Of a stretch of 64,000 nt of DNA, positions 1-9,873 are shown in pieces. The notes under the pieces are model-generated. The model did not search any database, was not told the origin of the DNA, and was given only the letters and a program-made list of their open reading frames with translations. The stretch's first letter is position 1, and every line of letters begins with the position of its first letter. A program made the translations under genes and the position numbers. The DNA lies in IMG/VR virus record IMGVR_UViG_3300028498_000018; one strand, given 5' to 3'. This DNA comes from an uncultured virus (IMG/VR IMGVR_UViG_3300028498_000018). Lineage: Duplodnaviria > Heunggongvirae > Uroviricota > Caudoviricetes.

Positions 1-2
1 TC

Positions 3-65
3 ATGCCCGGTATCCCAGTGGCCTGTGAAGCAGGCATATCAGAACGTTATGGAGACGCGAAATGA
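3..65 (+). CDS. C-terminal end of family A DNA polymerase (partial, runs off the window)
   Basis: Frame reads MPGIPVACEAGISERYGDAK*, the typical PolA terminus (PVACExG...YGDAK); lies upstream of exonuclease/helicase genes. Confidence 0.7.
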   Translation: MPGIPVACEAGISERYGDAK

Positions 66-247
66 GACATATGAGTGTCGATGTCCAACCGAAAGAGGGT
101 GAGGACGTAGTCAGAGTGGTGCTGAGTTATGACGACACATGCGTGGGGGTCGAACACTTGTGCCTCACTGAGGCCCTATCCCTTGCACGGGAGTTTTCTT
201 TAGCGGCGGCCCAGCTGACGGCATTTGCAGCTGAGAGGTTGGAATGA
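62..247 (+). CDS. hypothetical protein
   Basis: ATGA overlap with the polymerase stop and with the next ORF. Confidence 0.55.
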   Translation: MRHMSVDVQPKEGEDVVRVVLSYDDTCVGVEHLCLTEALSLAREFSLAAAQLTAFAAERLE

Positions 248-393
248 CTTTAATGGATACCTTAACATTGACGCAGGAACGCCAGCTTAGGCAGGAGCTT
301 TCAGAGCTGTGGGCGATGCACAGAGCAGACCGCGCATATATTATTATGCTCAAGGCCGCGCTGCATGATGCAGTACAGGGGGCAAACCAATGA
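244..393 (+). CDS. hypothetical protein (49 aa, not in ORF track)
   Basis: MTLMDTLTLTQERQLRQELSELW...GANQ*; ATGA overlaps at both ends. Confidence 0.5.
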   Translation: MTLMDTLTLTQERQLRQELSELWAMHRADRAYIIMLKAALHDAVQGANQ

Positions 394-1214
394 GCGTAGA
401 ATGTCTGGCCCAGGAACGGGTTGTAAACGCTGTGTTAGTTGAGTCAATCAACCCATCGCGGCCACTGCCTGCGAACTTCAGTAAATTTACCGACTGTATG
501 TCGGAAGAAGGAATAGACACCTTGAGCCCTACTCGTGTTGTCCACTCGCACTCATCTCTTGATAACTTCCTGACGTGTGCGCGTCAGTACCAGGCTAAGT
601 ACATCACGAAGGAAGTCGTGTTTGTCGGCAGCGAATACTCAGCCTACGGAGACCGGGCGCACACCGCGCTCGAACACCGGATCAAGAGCGGCACACCATT
701 ACCGGCGGAGTTCGCTCAGCTTGAGGACATGTGCGTTGGCCTGCTCGCTATCGAGGGCGAGAAGCTAGTCGAGCGCAAGCTGGCCATCGACGAGGACTTG
801 AAGAGTTCAATCTACTGGGACAAGGAAGCAACCTGGTTCCGCGGCAAGGGTGACCTGACCATCATCCAACCCCACAAGCGCCGCATCATGACGTTCGACT
901 ACAAGACCGGCAAGCCGAAGCGCGACAAGAAGCAGCTCGAACGCATGGCGTTGCTGACCCTGCGCAACTTCCCGCACATTGAAGTCGACACCATTAAGTC
1001 CACGTTCATCTACACGAAGACGGGCGACATCGACTCAGAGACCATCTTTGCCGATGAGCTGGAGTCCCGTGTTGTTGCCGAGCTGAAGCAAGACATCGCC
1101 CGCGTCGAAGCAGCGATCAAAGCTAACGAGTACCCGCCAACACCGGGCGGACTATGCAACGGGTGGTGTGAAGTGCAGGCGTGCAAGTTCTGGAAACCGA
1201 AGCGTGAAGACTGA
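390..1214 (+). CDS. PD-(D/E)XK Cas4/RecB-like exonuclease with Fe-S Cys motif
   Basis: SHSSLDNFLTC, GDRAH, RGKGDL, FDYKTGK and C-terminal C-x3-C-x5-C. Confidence 0.85.
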   Translation: MSVECLAQERVVNAVLVESINPSRPLPANFSKFTDCMSEEGIDTLSPTRVVHSHSSLDNFLTCARQYQAKYITKEVVFVGSEYSAYGDRAHTALEHRIKSGTPLPAEFAQLEDMCVGLLAIEGEKLVERKLAIDEDLKSSIYWDKEATWFRGKGDLTIIQPHKRRIMTFDYKTGKPKRDKKQLERMALLTLRNFPHIEVDTIKSTFIYTKTGDIDSETIFADELESRVVAELKQDIARVEAAIKANEYPPTPGGLCNGWCEVQACKFWKPKRED

Positions 1215-1557
1215 CGTACAGATAGAGGCTGACCTAGATAACCTGTCGAAGAAGCGAGGGCGGACACCGGAGGGCGAGGTCAAGGAGCAGGTCAAGAAGA
1301 TACTCGCTGCGTACGGCGTGTGGTATTGGATGGCAGTCAAGATGATCTTCGGCAAGAGCGGACTGCCAGATTTTGTAGGGTGTGCTTGGGGCCTGTTCTT
1401 TGCGGTGGAGACCAAGTCAAAGAATGCGAAGCCCACCGCACTACAGACCATAGTAATGAATGCCATCACCAAGGCGGGTGGCAAATGTTTCATCATCAAC
1501 GAACAAAACTTAGCGGAGTTAGAGTCATGGCTGAAGAGCAACCAAAAAAAGAACTGA
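1204..1557 (+). CDS. VRR-NUC domain nuclease / resolvase
   Basis: TPEGEVK...GLPDFVGC...FAVETKS...PTALQ; GTG start at 1204 chosen over 1168. Confidence 0.85.
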   Translation: MKTDVQIEADLDNLSKKRGRTPEGEVKEQVKKILAAYGVWYWMAVKMIFGKSGLPDFVGCAWGLFFAVETKSKNAKPTALQTIVMNAITKAGGKCFIINEQNLAELESWLKSNQKKN

Positions 1558-1865
1558 CACCAGAAGAAACAGCGGTGATCCAAGCGCAGATCTTTGATGA
1601 CCGTAATCGCATCATCGATCGTTTGCAGCTCCACTTCTATGAAGAGGACAGCCTGCCAGCTTGTGCAGAGGCCACAAAGTATTTGAGCGCGTACTTCGTG
1701 ATGCAGCTTATCGAAGGGCACCGCATGTCGGGCAGTAATATCAGCCCAGACGCGATCCTAGAAGCGTGGTGCGAGGGGTTCAAGGCCGAAGTAATGAACA
1801 TCCATAGCCAACTCCTTATGCTCCCCTCAGAGCTGACATCTGAAGACCTAGCGAAGCTGCACTAA
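1527..1865 (+). CDS. hypothetical protein
   Basis: GGAG RBS before ATG 1527 (MAEEQPKK); TAATG coupling to the helicase. Confidence 0.65.
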   Translation: MAEEQPKKELTPEETAVIQAQIFDDRNRIIDRLQLHFYEEDSLPACAEATKYLSAYFVMQLIEGHRMSGSNISPDAILEAWCEGFKAEVMNIHSQLLMLPSELTSEDLAKLH

Positions 1866-3451
1866 TGCCCGTTGCAATACCGGAGAAGCGCGCTCTTGTC
1901 CTGAACCTGAAGGACCCGGAGCGAGTCAAGGCGCTGATCCCCATGTACCAGGTCGTTGAGGACGGGGGCATGAAGTTATTGGTTGTGCCCCACAACCTCG
2001 ACACGCTCAGGATACTGCGCAACATTGGCGTCAACGTTAAAGGCTACGAGCCTATGCGTTTCTACTACCAGTACCCGCTGCTGTATGGGCGCTATCCTCC
2101 GATGCTGCATCAGATTGAAACCGCCGTTGCGGTGACGACGCACAAGCGGCTGTACATCCTGAACGAAATGCGTACCGGCAAATCAGCGGCGGTGCTCTGG
2201 GCCACCAACTACCTGAAGAAGATGAAGGCTGTACGTGGCGTGCTCATCACCTGCACCCGCTCCTGCATGGACACCGTGTGGCGGGCTGCGATCTTCGGTC
2301 TGTTCCCCGAAGCAACGGTTGCGATCCTACATGGCGACAGGGCCACTCGGCTGAAGCTGTTGGCCATGAAGTTCGACTACTACGTCATCAACCACGACGG
2401 GCTGAAGACGATCCCGAAGGAACTGTATCGCGCTTGTGCTGACGGTAGGATCAACATGGGGATCATTGACGAAGGCTCTGAATTCGCGCAGCAGGGCACC
2501 ACCAAATGGAAAGTCCTCAAGGCTATATGCTCAAAGCTCGAGTATGTGAACTGGCTCACCGGCACGCCGATGTCGCGTGGCCCGGACAAGATCTGGGGCC
2601 AGTGCATGATCGTTACACCAGACACTGTGCCCGAGAGTTTCACGACGTGGAAAGACAGCGTGCTGCGGCAGGTGGCGACCTATACGTGGGTGCCCCGCCT
2701 CGGGTATGAAGACAAGGTATACAAAGCGATGCAGCCTGCTGTGCGCTACCGCAAGTCAGAGGTCATTGACACAATGCCCGTGACCTACGAAGACCGCGAA
2801 GCTGGGCTGACAGACGCGCAGAACAGCGCAATCAAAGAGATCAAAAAGGAGGGGGCGTTGGTCCTCGGTAACCGTTCGATCTCAGCGGTGAACGCTGCAA
2901 TCGTGCTCAACAAGATAGTACAGATTTCGATGGGGGCTGTGCTCGACGATAAACAAAATGTTGTGGCCTACCCCCCGACTAAACGGCTCGCCGTGCTCGA
3001 TGAGATCATCAGCCAGGCCAACGCCAAAGTGATCGTGTTCGCCCCGTACCATGCGGTGATTGATCTGATCGTCGCCCATCTCAGCAAGTACACGACAGTT
3101 GAGTTCATCGACGGCCGAGTCACAGGCAACAAGCGGTCCGCAATCATCAACGCGTTCCAGCACGACGAGAACCCTCGTGTGTTAGTAGCTCACCCTAAAC
3201 CTGCGGGCCACGGCTTAGAGTTGGCGGCGGCGGACACCGTGATATGGTTCGGCCCCCTGCCTGTGATTAACTCAACTGACTTATACGAGCAGGCGTGTCA
3301 CAGAGTGATGTCGGCACAACAGAAGAACAACGTGGGTATCTACCATATCTTCTGCACGTCGCTGGAACGGAAGTATTTCGACGCGCAGCGCAAGGGCGTT
3401 GCTGCACAGATGGAGGTCCTTAAACTTTTCGAGGAGGTTATAAATTCATAG
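1865..3451 (+). CDS. SNF2-like SF2 DNA helicase
   Basis: NEMRTGKS (I), IIDEGS (II), LTGTP (III), GHGLEL and EQACHR C-terminal motifs. Confidence 0.9.
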   Translation: MPVAIPEKRALVLNLKDPERVKALIPMYQVVEDGGMKLLVVPHNLDTLRILRNIGVNVKGYEPMRFYYQYPLLYGRYPPMLHQIETAVAVTTHKRLYILNEMRTGKSAAVLWATNYLKKMKAVRGVLITCTRSCMDTVWRAAIFGLFPEATVAILHGDRATRLKLLAMKFDYYVINHDGLKTIPKELYRACADGRINMGIIDEGSEFAQQGTTKWKVLKAICSKLEYVNWLTGTPMSRGPDKIWGQCMIVTPDTVPESFTTWKDSVLRQVATYTWVPRLGYEDKVYKAMQPAVRYRKSEVIDTMPVTYEDREAGLTDAQNSAIKEIKKEGALVLGNRSISAVNAAIVLNKIVQISMGAVLDDKQNVVAYPPTKRLAVLDEIISQANAKVIVFAPYHAVIDLIVAHLSKYTTVEFIDGRVTGNKRSAIINAFQHDENPRVLVAHPKPAGHGLELAAADTVIWFGPLPVINSTDLYEQACHRVMSAQQKNNVGIYHIFCTSLERKYFDAQRKGVAAQMEVLKLFEEVINS

Positions 3452-3465
3452 ACATTAAAATATAA

Positions 3466-3514
3466 ATTTACAACCCCTTGACAGGTTGTAAATACCTGAT
3501 ACTATTACAACCTT
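3466..3514 (+). promoter_or_regulatory. sigma70 promoter with overlapping inverted-repeat operator
   Basis: TTGACA 3478-3483, extended -10 TGaTACTAT 3497-3505; ATTTACAACC (3466-3475) / GGTTGTAAAT (3484-3493) flank the -35. Confidence 0.75.
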
Positions 3515-3531
3515 ACACACATGGAGGCACC

Positions 3532-4164
3532 ATGATTACTTACTTACACAAGAACATTGAGAACCCTGACGACTACGTTGTCAGCGAAGATGCGGTCCTT
3601 AGCGGCCACCATAAAATCACTGTGATGGAACCGGTAGAACTCAAAGGTTTCTACCGCGCTATCAAATCATACGTGGCACAGTTGCCGATACCGGCTCCCC
3701 CTGATCTGGATAAAGAGCCCGACGACGCGTTGGCTGGGGCATACATTATTCTGCGCGACCGCAAGGCTGCAAAGAACCGTGAGGCCAAGGTCACTGAGAA
3801 GAACATCAATGACGCGATGGACCGTATAGCTAATACGTTCCTAGCCCGTTTCACTGACCGGGGCAGTACCAGCATCGGCATCACTGGCGTCTGCACAGTG
3901 ACACGCAGCAAGTCAATCAAGATCGCGTCCACCGACTGGAAGACGCACTACAATTATCAATTGGATCGAGCTTGGAAAATCAAGGAGGACGGGGGAGACC
4001 CGACCGAGGTTTTCTCAGCGCTGCATAAGCGCTTGTCCCTCGAACCAATCGAAGCGTACATGGATAAGCACGACGGTGAACCGCCGCCGGGCATTGAAGT
4101 GAAAACAGAATACGGTATCAGTGTCCGCAAAGCAAACAGCAAAGGTGATGAGAGTTATGAGTAA
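3532..4164 (+). CDS. conserved phage replication-module protein
   Basis: GGAGG RBS before ATG 3532; YIILRDRK...DWK...LHKRLS...PPPGI pattern of proteins that precede SSB-like genes in such modules. Confidence 0.7.
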   Translation: MITYLHKNIENPDDYVVSEDAVLSGHHKITVMEPVELKGFYRAIKSYVAQLPIPAPPDLDKEPDDALAGAYIILRDRKAAKNREAKVTEKNINDAMDRIANTFLARFTDRGSTSIGITGVCTVTRSKSIKIASTDWKTHYNYQLDRAWKIKEDGGDPTEVFSALHKRLSLEPIEAYMDKHDGEPPPGIEVKTEYGISVRKANSKGDESYE

Positions 4165-5722
4165 TACACAAGTCGTTAATTTCGTGGCCCCCGGCGGGGC
4201 AGTAGGCCAGGCACTTCTGTCTCAGGAGCTGTTGGCTCTTGGTAAAACAGTAGGTGCGGGGTCAAGCGGTATCAACCGCATCTCAATCAAGGGCCACCGG
4301 TTCCGCATGTTGGTCAACGGCCAGCAGATTGCAAAGTCCGATGCGTCGTTCCTTGACGTGGTCATCGTTGGTGGTACGGGAGCCACGAGCCGCAAGTATT
4401 ATGCCGACAAGTACACGGGCGAAGCAGGCATCAAGCCAACATGCTGGTCGACCAACGGTATCAAACCAAATGATGAGGTGCAGAACAAACAGCACAGCAA
4501 TTGTGCCGGGTGCGAGCAGAATATTAAAGGCTCTAAGGTTGATGGCGAGAAGAAGTACCGCGCCTGTTCGTTCAGTCAGCGTGTTGTAGTTGTCCCTCCC
4601 GATAAGCTGTTTAAGAATACGGCCACCGCCGAAGACATCTTTGCGCTGGACGTGAATGCGACGTCAGCGTTCGGTAATGGTGACCCCGCTCGCGGCAAGC
4701 ACTCGTTGCAGAGCTACGTGCCGTACCTGGCTGCTCCTCGCAGCGGATTTTCAGGCGGCTTGATCACGGCCCAGTTGGTTACCCGGTTGGAGTTCGACGA
4801 AGAGTCCTCGACCCCACGGTTGTTCTTCTCAGTCGCCCCCAACGGCGAAGGCAATGCTGCATTCCTGGATGCCACCGCTCTGAACAACCTGACTGAACTG
4901 GCTCGCACCCCGCAGTTCAAGCGACTGATCGAGGTCCATGCTGAGGACTTCGCTGAAGCCGAAGACGCTACCCCCGCAGCAGCCGCAGCTCCTGCACGGG
5001 CGGCCATAACTAAACAGGCCGCACCGGCCGCTAAGAAGGAGAAATTCGTGGCAGCAGAGACAACGTGGCGCGACGTAGCCCAAGAAGGCGGACTCGATGA
5101 GGACGACATCCAAACTATCGAAGACCGAGGTGGTCCGTACTCTGAGAAGGGTCGCAAGTATTGGGACAAGGTAGCCCCAGAAGGTCTGGTGCCCCCTGTA
5201 GTCGGTGCTGTTGAAAGCGCGACATGGCAAGAAATGGCTAGGGTCGTCGGCATTGATGACGATGACATTGAAACCATCGAGTCAAGGGGCGGCCCGTACT
5301 CTGAGAGGGGTCGTAAGTTCTGGGACAAAGTCGCTCCCGATGGCGTAGCGCCGCCAGCATTGGGCGCGACACCTGCACCACCGGCTCCGGTCGTCAAGCT
5401 CCGCGCATGGAAGAGTGTCGCCATCGAAGCAGGTGCCGAAGAGGACGACATCGACACCCTGACAGACAAGGGTGGACCAGGCACTGAAAGCGGCCGCAAA
5501 TATTGGGACAAGATCGTGCGGGTCCCACTTGATGGCATTGATGTGAGCGTGGTTGCTGAGCCAGCTGCTGAGCCGGCTGCTGCTCCGGTAGCTGCTGCGG
5601 CCCCTGTGGCCGAGAAGGCTAAGGCTGGTGGCCGGCCGAAGAAGGCAGATGTAGTCGTGCCCCCAGTGACTGTGAAAGCAGGCTCTGACCTGGCGAGCAA
5701 GATCGTCGGCTTCGACGACTAA
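4157..5722 (+). CDS. putative ssDNA-binding/annealing protein with three C-terminal repeats
   Basis: RISIKG.RF, LDVVIV, PTCWS.NG, C..C..N..GS, ACSFSQR N-terminal domain; acidic end (GFDD); position in replication module. Confidence 0.7.
   Translation: MSNTQVVNFVAPGGAVGQALLSQELLALGKTVGAGSSGINRISIKGHRFRMLVNGQQIAKSDASFLDVVIVGGTGATSRKYYADKYTGEAGIKPTCWSTNGIKPNDEVQNKQHSNCAGCEQNIKGSKVDGEKKYRACSFSQRVVVVPPDKLFKNTATAEDIFALDVNATSAFGNGDPARGKHSLQSYVPYLAAPRSGFSGGLITAQLVTRLEFDEESSTPRLFFSVAPNGEGNAAFLDATALNNLTELARTPQFKRLIEVHAEDFAEAEDATPAAAAAPARAAITKQAAPAAKKEKFVAAETTWRDVAQEGGLDEDDIQTIEDRGGPYSEKGRKYWDKVAPEGLVPPVVGAVESATWQEMARVVGIDDDDIETIESRGGPYSERGRKFWDKVAPDGVAPPALGATPAPPAPVVKLRAWKSVAIEAGAEEDDIDTLTDKGGPGTESGRKYWDKIVRVPLDGIDVSVVAEPAAEPAAAPVAAAAPVAEKAKAGGRPKKADVVVPPVTVKAGSDLASKIVGFDD
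5063..5525 (+). repeat. three ~39-aa intragenic repeats
   Basis: TWRDVA...DEDDIQTIEDRGGPYSEKGRKYWDKV; TWQEMA...DDDDIETIESRGGPYSERGRKFWDKV; AWKSVA...EEDDIDTLTDKGGPGTESGRKYWDKI. Confidence 0.9.
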
Positions 5723-6327
5723 TGCTTGAGGTCCGCGACAGATTCAAGAAAGCGTTTACCAAAAGTAGACTGAGTACCGAGGACGTTGCGGACCTGGTCG
5801 GCGTGCGCCGCAGCCTAGTCGAGAACTGGATCAACGGCACAGTCCCCAACTGGATCAATGCTGTCGCCTTGGTTCGATTCATATACACCGTCGAACAATG
5901 TGAGGCCGAAGACGGGCTGCCGTATGGCCCCACAGCACCGAGGTGGTTCAAGGTGTGGTGGATAGAGTCGGCCCACAAAGCTGATCAGCACGAGCTGCTG
6001 AAAGGCTGGTCGAGACTGGCGAAGATGATGTCAGACATGGGGGTAACAGCCGCACAGGCCGCCCCGTGGCTCGGCGTCTCATCTAACACGATGACCAGTT
6101 TAGTTCTGAACCGTGTTGTCAGTCGTCTATACTACGACCCCCTCCTTAGATTCGCCTTGGCTTTGAAGGTAGTGCATGACGCGGGGGGGTTTGTCGGCGG
6201 CACGATGAACGAAGCGGAGTTCAGGCCCGTGTGGGACAGGGTGCAAAAGTTGGATTTGCCGTCGCGGCAGCTGGCAAACGAACAGAGAAAATCAAACACC
6301 CTGGCGGCAGGGACTAAAAATAGTTAG
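5722..6327 (+). CDS. transcriptional regulator with two Cro/XRE-like HTH domains
   Basis: LSTEDVADLVGVRRSLVENWING and VTAAQAAPWLGVSSNTMTSL. Confidence 0.7.
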   Translation: MLEVRDRFKKAFTKSRLSTEDVADLVGVRRSLVENWINGTVPNWINAVALVRFIYTVEQCEAEDGLPYGPTAPRWFKVWWIESAHKADQHELLKGWSRLAKMMSDMGVTAAQAAPWLGVSSNTMTSLVLNRVVSRLYYDPLLRFALALKVVHDAGGFVGGTMNEAEFRPVWDRVQKLDLPSRQLANEQRKSNTLAAGTKNS

Positions 6328-6433
6328 GATGAGTTTATGAGGCACGGCGTTACTTACGAAATAAGATTCGGTGGCAGTTCTGTGCCTCAGATTGTTCTAC
6401 TTGATTTTATTAAACCGCTCGTGATCTAGCGCC

Positions 6434-9400
6434 GTGTCTCATACACTTACACTAGAGGAATTCCTCTCCCTAGTCGTCCCTCGCAAGGGCGTTAAGCTAG
6501 CGGCCACCAACACCGGGCGTATCTCTGACATCACCAAGCGTCCAATCTGGACGAATGATGACAGCCACACCTATGCGTCCCTAGCTGCGGACATAGTTCG
6601 TCGGGACCAGAGCCCCAAGCACAACGTGTACTTCGCGCTGGGCGGCTACGCAGAAAACTCAATCACCCAACACTCAGGCCGAGCGCAAATCAACGTGCTA
6701 TGGCAGCGATCATTCTGGATCGACATTGACGTGGAGGCAGACAACCCAAAGAAGTACGGCACGGTCAGGGAAGCCGCTGAGGCGCTGTACGCGTTCGCCG
6801 CCCACATTAACCTGCATGACCCGCTGATAGTTCGAAGCGGTGGCGGGCTCCATGCGTACTGGCCGCTGGCCGATGACGTGACCCTAGAGCAGTGGCAGCC
6901 CTTGGCCAACGAGCTTAAACGTCGGTGCGTCTCGTTCGGTCTGAAGTTCGACCCGACCCGTACGGCCGATGCCGCAAGTGTCCTGCGCCCCATCTCCACG
7001 CACAACCGCAAGACAGAGCCAGCACGGCCCGTAGTCCTGGTCAAGGCGGGTGACCCGCCTGTGCAAGCGTCCGTGATCGCTGCGGCCCTGGGCACCACGA
7101 TAGCCACCCATATCCAGACGGGTATCCGGTTCAACCCGGCCGACCTGCCGCAAGAGCTTATCTCGCTGGGTCTGACTGTTGGTAAAACTATCGCCACGAA
7201 GTCGGCCCCGCTGGTGTTCCAGCGCTGCGCTCAGATGCGGTGGACCCAGCACCACATGAAGGACGGATCAGAAAAAGTACCTGAGCCTCTGTGGCGGGCG
7301 GGGCTATCTGTGCTAAAACGTTGTTACGACGGCGAGCGCGAGGCCCATCTGTACTCGAAACCTTATCCAGGCTATAGCCGGGATGAGACTCAGGACAAGT
7401 TTGACCTGCTAGGTGACACCCCCTCTACGTGTGTCAGCTTCAACAGTTTGAACCCAGACGTGTGCGGCAAGTGCCCACACTTCGACCGCATCAAGTCCCC
7501 GATCCAGCTGGGCGAACAGGCCGAAGAGCTGGTGGCCCCCAGCACCACGATCATTTCAGAAGTGGTGGAAGAGAAGGTCATCCAGGTTGAGGGCGATGAG
7601 CCCGACGCGCCTGTTGCCAAGACTGTGTTCGGCACGCGGATTATTGAGCTTGAAGTCGCCACTGTTAACCCGAAGCTGCCGTTCAAGCGCACTGCTGCGG
7701 GCATATCGAAGTCCGTCAAGGAATACGAGATCGATCCCGAGACCGGCAAGCCCATCAAGGACAAACCGTTCTGGGTGGACCAGGTCATCATACCCGTCGA
7801 CGTGTACCCAATGTTCATGGCCGAGTCTGATGACGGCACGCTGTCAGTCCGTTGGAGCATCCAGAAGATCGAAGACCCGGGCTCGAAGCGTGACCTTCAA
7901 GTGTCGAAGTTCGAGATGGCTGCACCTGATCGGCTGAGGGACACACTGCTGAACCAGTCGTTCATCAACACAGCCAAGCCCCTGGTCATGGTCATGATCC
8001 AGGACTACATGCTCAGCTACGTCGACCAGATCGACAGCCGCTCCGTCCAACGTCAACCGACGAAGATGGGTTGGGAAGGGCTTAACGGCAGCGACTACTC
8101 GAAGCTCGCGTTCATTGCGGGTGCCGCTCGCCTGAGCTTCAAGGGGAATGCGATCACCCGGTCCCCGATCTACCCAGCAGAGTCAATCAAGCTGGTGTCG
8201 GGTGCGTCTCAGCCTGTCGGCGGACTAGAGGGCTGGGCGGCGGCGGCGGCGGTCTACAACCACCCACACAAGAGCCTGCATGTGCTGTCCGTGCTGCTTG
8301 GTATCGGCAGCATCATGATGCCGTTCACTGGGCGCGAGGGGATCGTGGTCGCCGTCACTGGCCGAACCGGCACCGGTAAGTCCGTAATCCAGAAGCTGAT
8401 TGCCTCAGTCTGGGCGGCCCCTTCAAGCAAGTCATTCCTGATCAGCGGGGACTCGACTGTGGTTGGCGTGGTTAAACACGCCGAAGCCCTGAACAATATG
8501 CCCGTGCTGCTTGACGAGGTACGGTTCGAGAAGCGCGAAGACATCTCCCGAGTGGTGATGATCCTGGCCAACGGACGCGAGCGTAACCGCGGCCGCATTG
8601 CGAAGTCGGCGGGCGGCACCACGGTCATCTCTTCGCCGGGCGAAACCTGGTGCAGCACAACGGTCATGACCACGAACAACGACATCACCGGGATGCTCAC
8701 GTCGACCATCCGTGAGGCCGAAGGCGAGCTTGGGCGCATCATTCAAATCTCTCCGCGGCAAGTACCCGAGGGCGGGTGGGGTGACTACAACGCATGGGTC
8801 GAGTCCCTTGACGCCAACCACGGGATCGTCGGGCCTATCCTGGTGGAGCGCGTACTGGCCGACCCTGCTGGTGAGGTCGCCCGCCTTCGTGGCTACGAGG
8901 CCCTGATCCTACAGGCCGTTGCCGCCCGCGGTATTGTCGGGATGAATTCGGCCACGATGCGCCTGCATCTGGCGGCCTACGCCACAGCGGTCTGGGCCTT
9001 GTACCACCTGCGCAAAATCAAAGCGGTGACGTGGGGCGTAGAGGTGTTGCTTGATGATGTCGTCACGACCATTGTCAGCTCGATGTCAGTATTGCACAAG
9101 TCCCGTGACTGGGCGTACGACTTCCTGATTGGCTTCTACAACGAACAGCGCGGCAACATCGTCCGCGTTGCTGCTGACGGCCCGCTACTCAACGGCCTGC
9201 CGATGAGCGCGACACGTGACGTGAACAACAAGCTGGTCGGCCGGTATGAGATGAAGAACAGCACGCTGATGCTAGAAACGAAAGCTATCAAGCAGGCGCT
9301 AGAGACCCCCCGCAAGTCCATCCAAGAGCTGAAGGACGGGCTCAAGGTTCTGGGTGCGGAGGTCACAGAGAAGGTGGCTCGACTTGAGTCTGGCCTCAGC

Positions 9401-9481
9401 ATTGGATCGACAACCACAACCCGAGTCCTGGTCATCACTGGGCTCGGAGACATTTTCAACGACGAAGGAACGCTGACATGA
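6434..9481 (+). CDS. primase-helicase (AEP/RepB-like primase + Cys domain + DUF927-type helicase)
   Basis: FWIDID, SGGGLHAYW, DAASVLRP; C...CGKC; Walker A GRTGTGKS, Walker B LLDE. Confidence 0.85.
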   Translation: MSHTLTLEEFLSLVVPRKGVKLAATNTGRISDITKRPIWTNDDSHTYASLAADIVRRDQSPKHNVYFALGGYAENSITQHSGRAQINVLWQRSFWIDIDVEADNPKKYGTVREAAEALYAFAAHINLHDPLIVRSGGGLHAYWPLADDVTLEQWQPLANELKRRCVSFGLKFDPTRTADAASVLRPISTHNRKTEPARPVVLVKAGDPPVQASVIAAALGTTIATHIQTGIRFNPADLPQELISLGLTVGKTIATKSAPLVFQRCAQMRWTQHHMKDGSEKVPEPLWRAGLSVLKRCYDGEREAHLYSKPYPGYSRDETQDKFDLLGDTPSTCVSFNSLNPDVCGKCPHFDRIKSPIQLGEQAEELVAPSTTIISEVVEEKVIQVEGDEPDAPVAKTVFGTRIIELEVATVNPKLPFKRTAAGISKSVKEYEIDPETGKPIKDKPFWVDQVIIPVDVYPMFMAESDDGTLSVRWSIQKIEDPGSKRDLQVSKFEMAAPDRLRDTLLNQSFINTAKPLVMVMIQDYMLSYVDQIDSRSVQRQPTKMGWEGLNGSDYSKLAFIAGAARLSFKGNAITRSPIYPAESIKLVSGASQPVGGLEGWAAAAAVYNHPHKSLHVLSVLLGIGSIMMPFTGREGIVVAVTGRTGTGKSVIQKLIASVWAAPSSKSFLISGDSTVVGVVKHAEALNNMPVLLDEVRFEKREDISRVVMILANGRERNRGRIAKSAGGTTVISSPGETWCSTTVMTTNNDITGMLTSTIREAEGELGRIIQISPRQVPEGGWGDYNAWVESLDANHGIVGPILVERVLADPAGEVARLRGYEALILQAVAARGIVGMNSATMRLHLAAYATAVWALYHLRKIKAVTWGVEVLLDDVVTTIVSSMSVLHKSRDWAYDFLIGFYNEQRGNIVRVAADGPLLNGLPMSATRDVNNKLVGRYEMKNSTLMLETKAIKQALETPRKSIQELKDGLKVLGAEVTEKVARLESGLSIGSTTTTRVLVITGLGDIFNDEGTLT

Positions 9482-9873
9482 CTAGCTTCAGTACGGGGTG
9501 CCAAGAGATCGACAATCTTCGCGTGCGGCCCATCAACTCGACGCCGATCAAGGTTGTCAAAATGGTTAACTTCCACGGATGGACTGTTGCCGTGGACGCG
9601 AAGGGCACCGTGTTCACCAATGCAGTGCCGAAGAACGCGCTCTATTGGGGGCTCTCCGACAGAGGGAGGTTGGTTGTCAAAGCCCTTATCCACATGAAGG
9701 CCCTGTCAGCCGCAGCGACCGCAGCTTATATCAAGATACTCGACGAGCGAGAACGCGAAGGACAGCGGCGGCACCACACGACCAACCTGATTATAAACGC
9801 GGACACACTCGGCATAAAACTGACGGCCGCCCAGCGCAAGAAGCTACACCTAACCAAGAAAGTTGATCGATGA
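9478..9873 (+). CDS. hypothetical protein
   Basis: ATGA overlaps at both ends. Confidence 0.6.
   Translation: MTSFSTGCQEIDNLRVRPINSTPIKVVKMVNFHGWTVAVDAKGTVFTNAVPKNALYWGLSDRGRLVVKALIHMKALSAAATAAYIKILDEREREGQRRHHTTNLIINADTLGIKLTAAQRKKLHLTKKVDR

Noticed and set aside
5722..6327. Lysogeny repressor implying a temperate phage
   Set aside because: Co-oriented inside the replication operon, no peptidase S24 domain, no integrase or partition genes seen in the window
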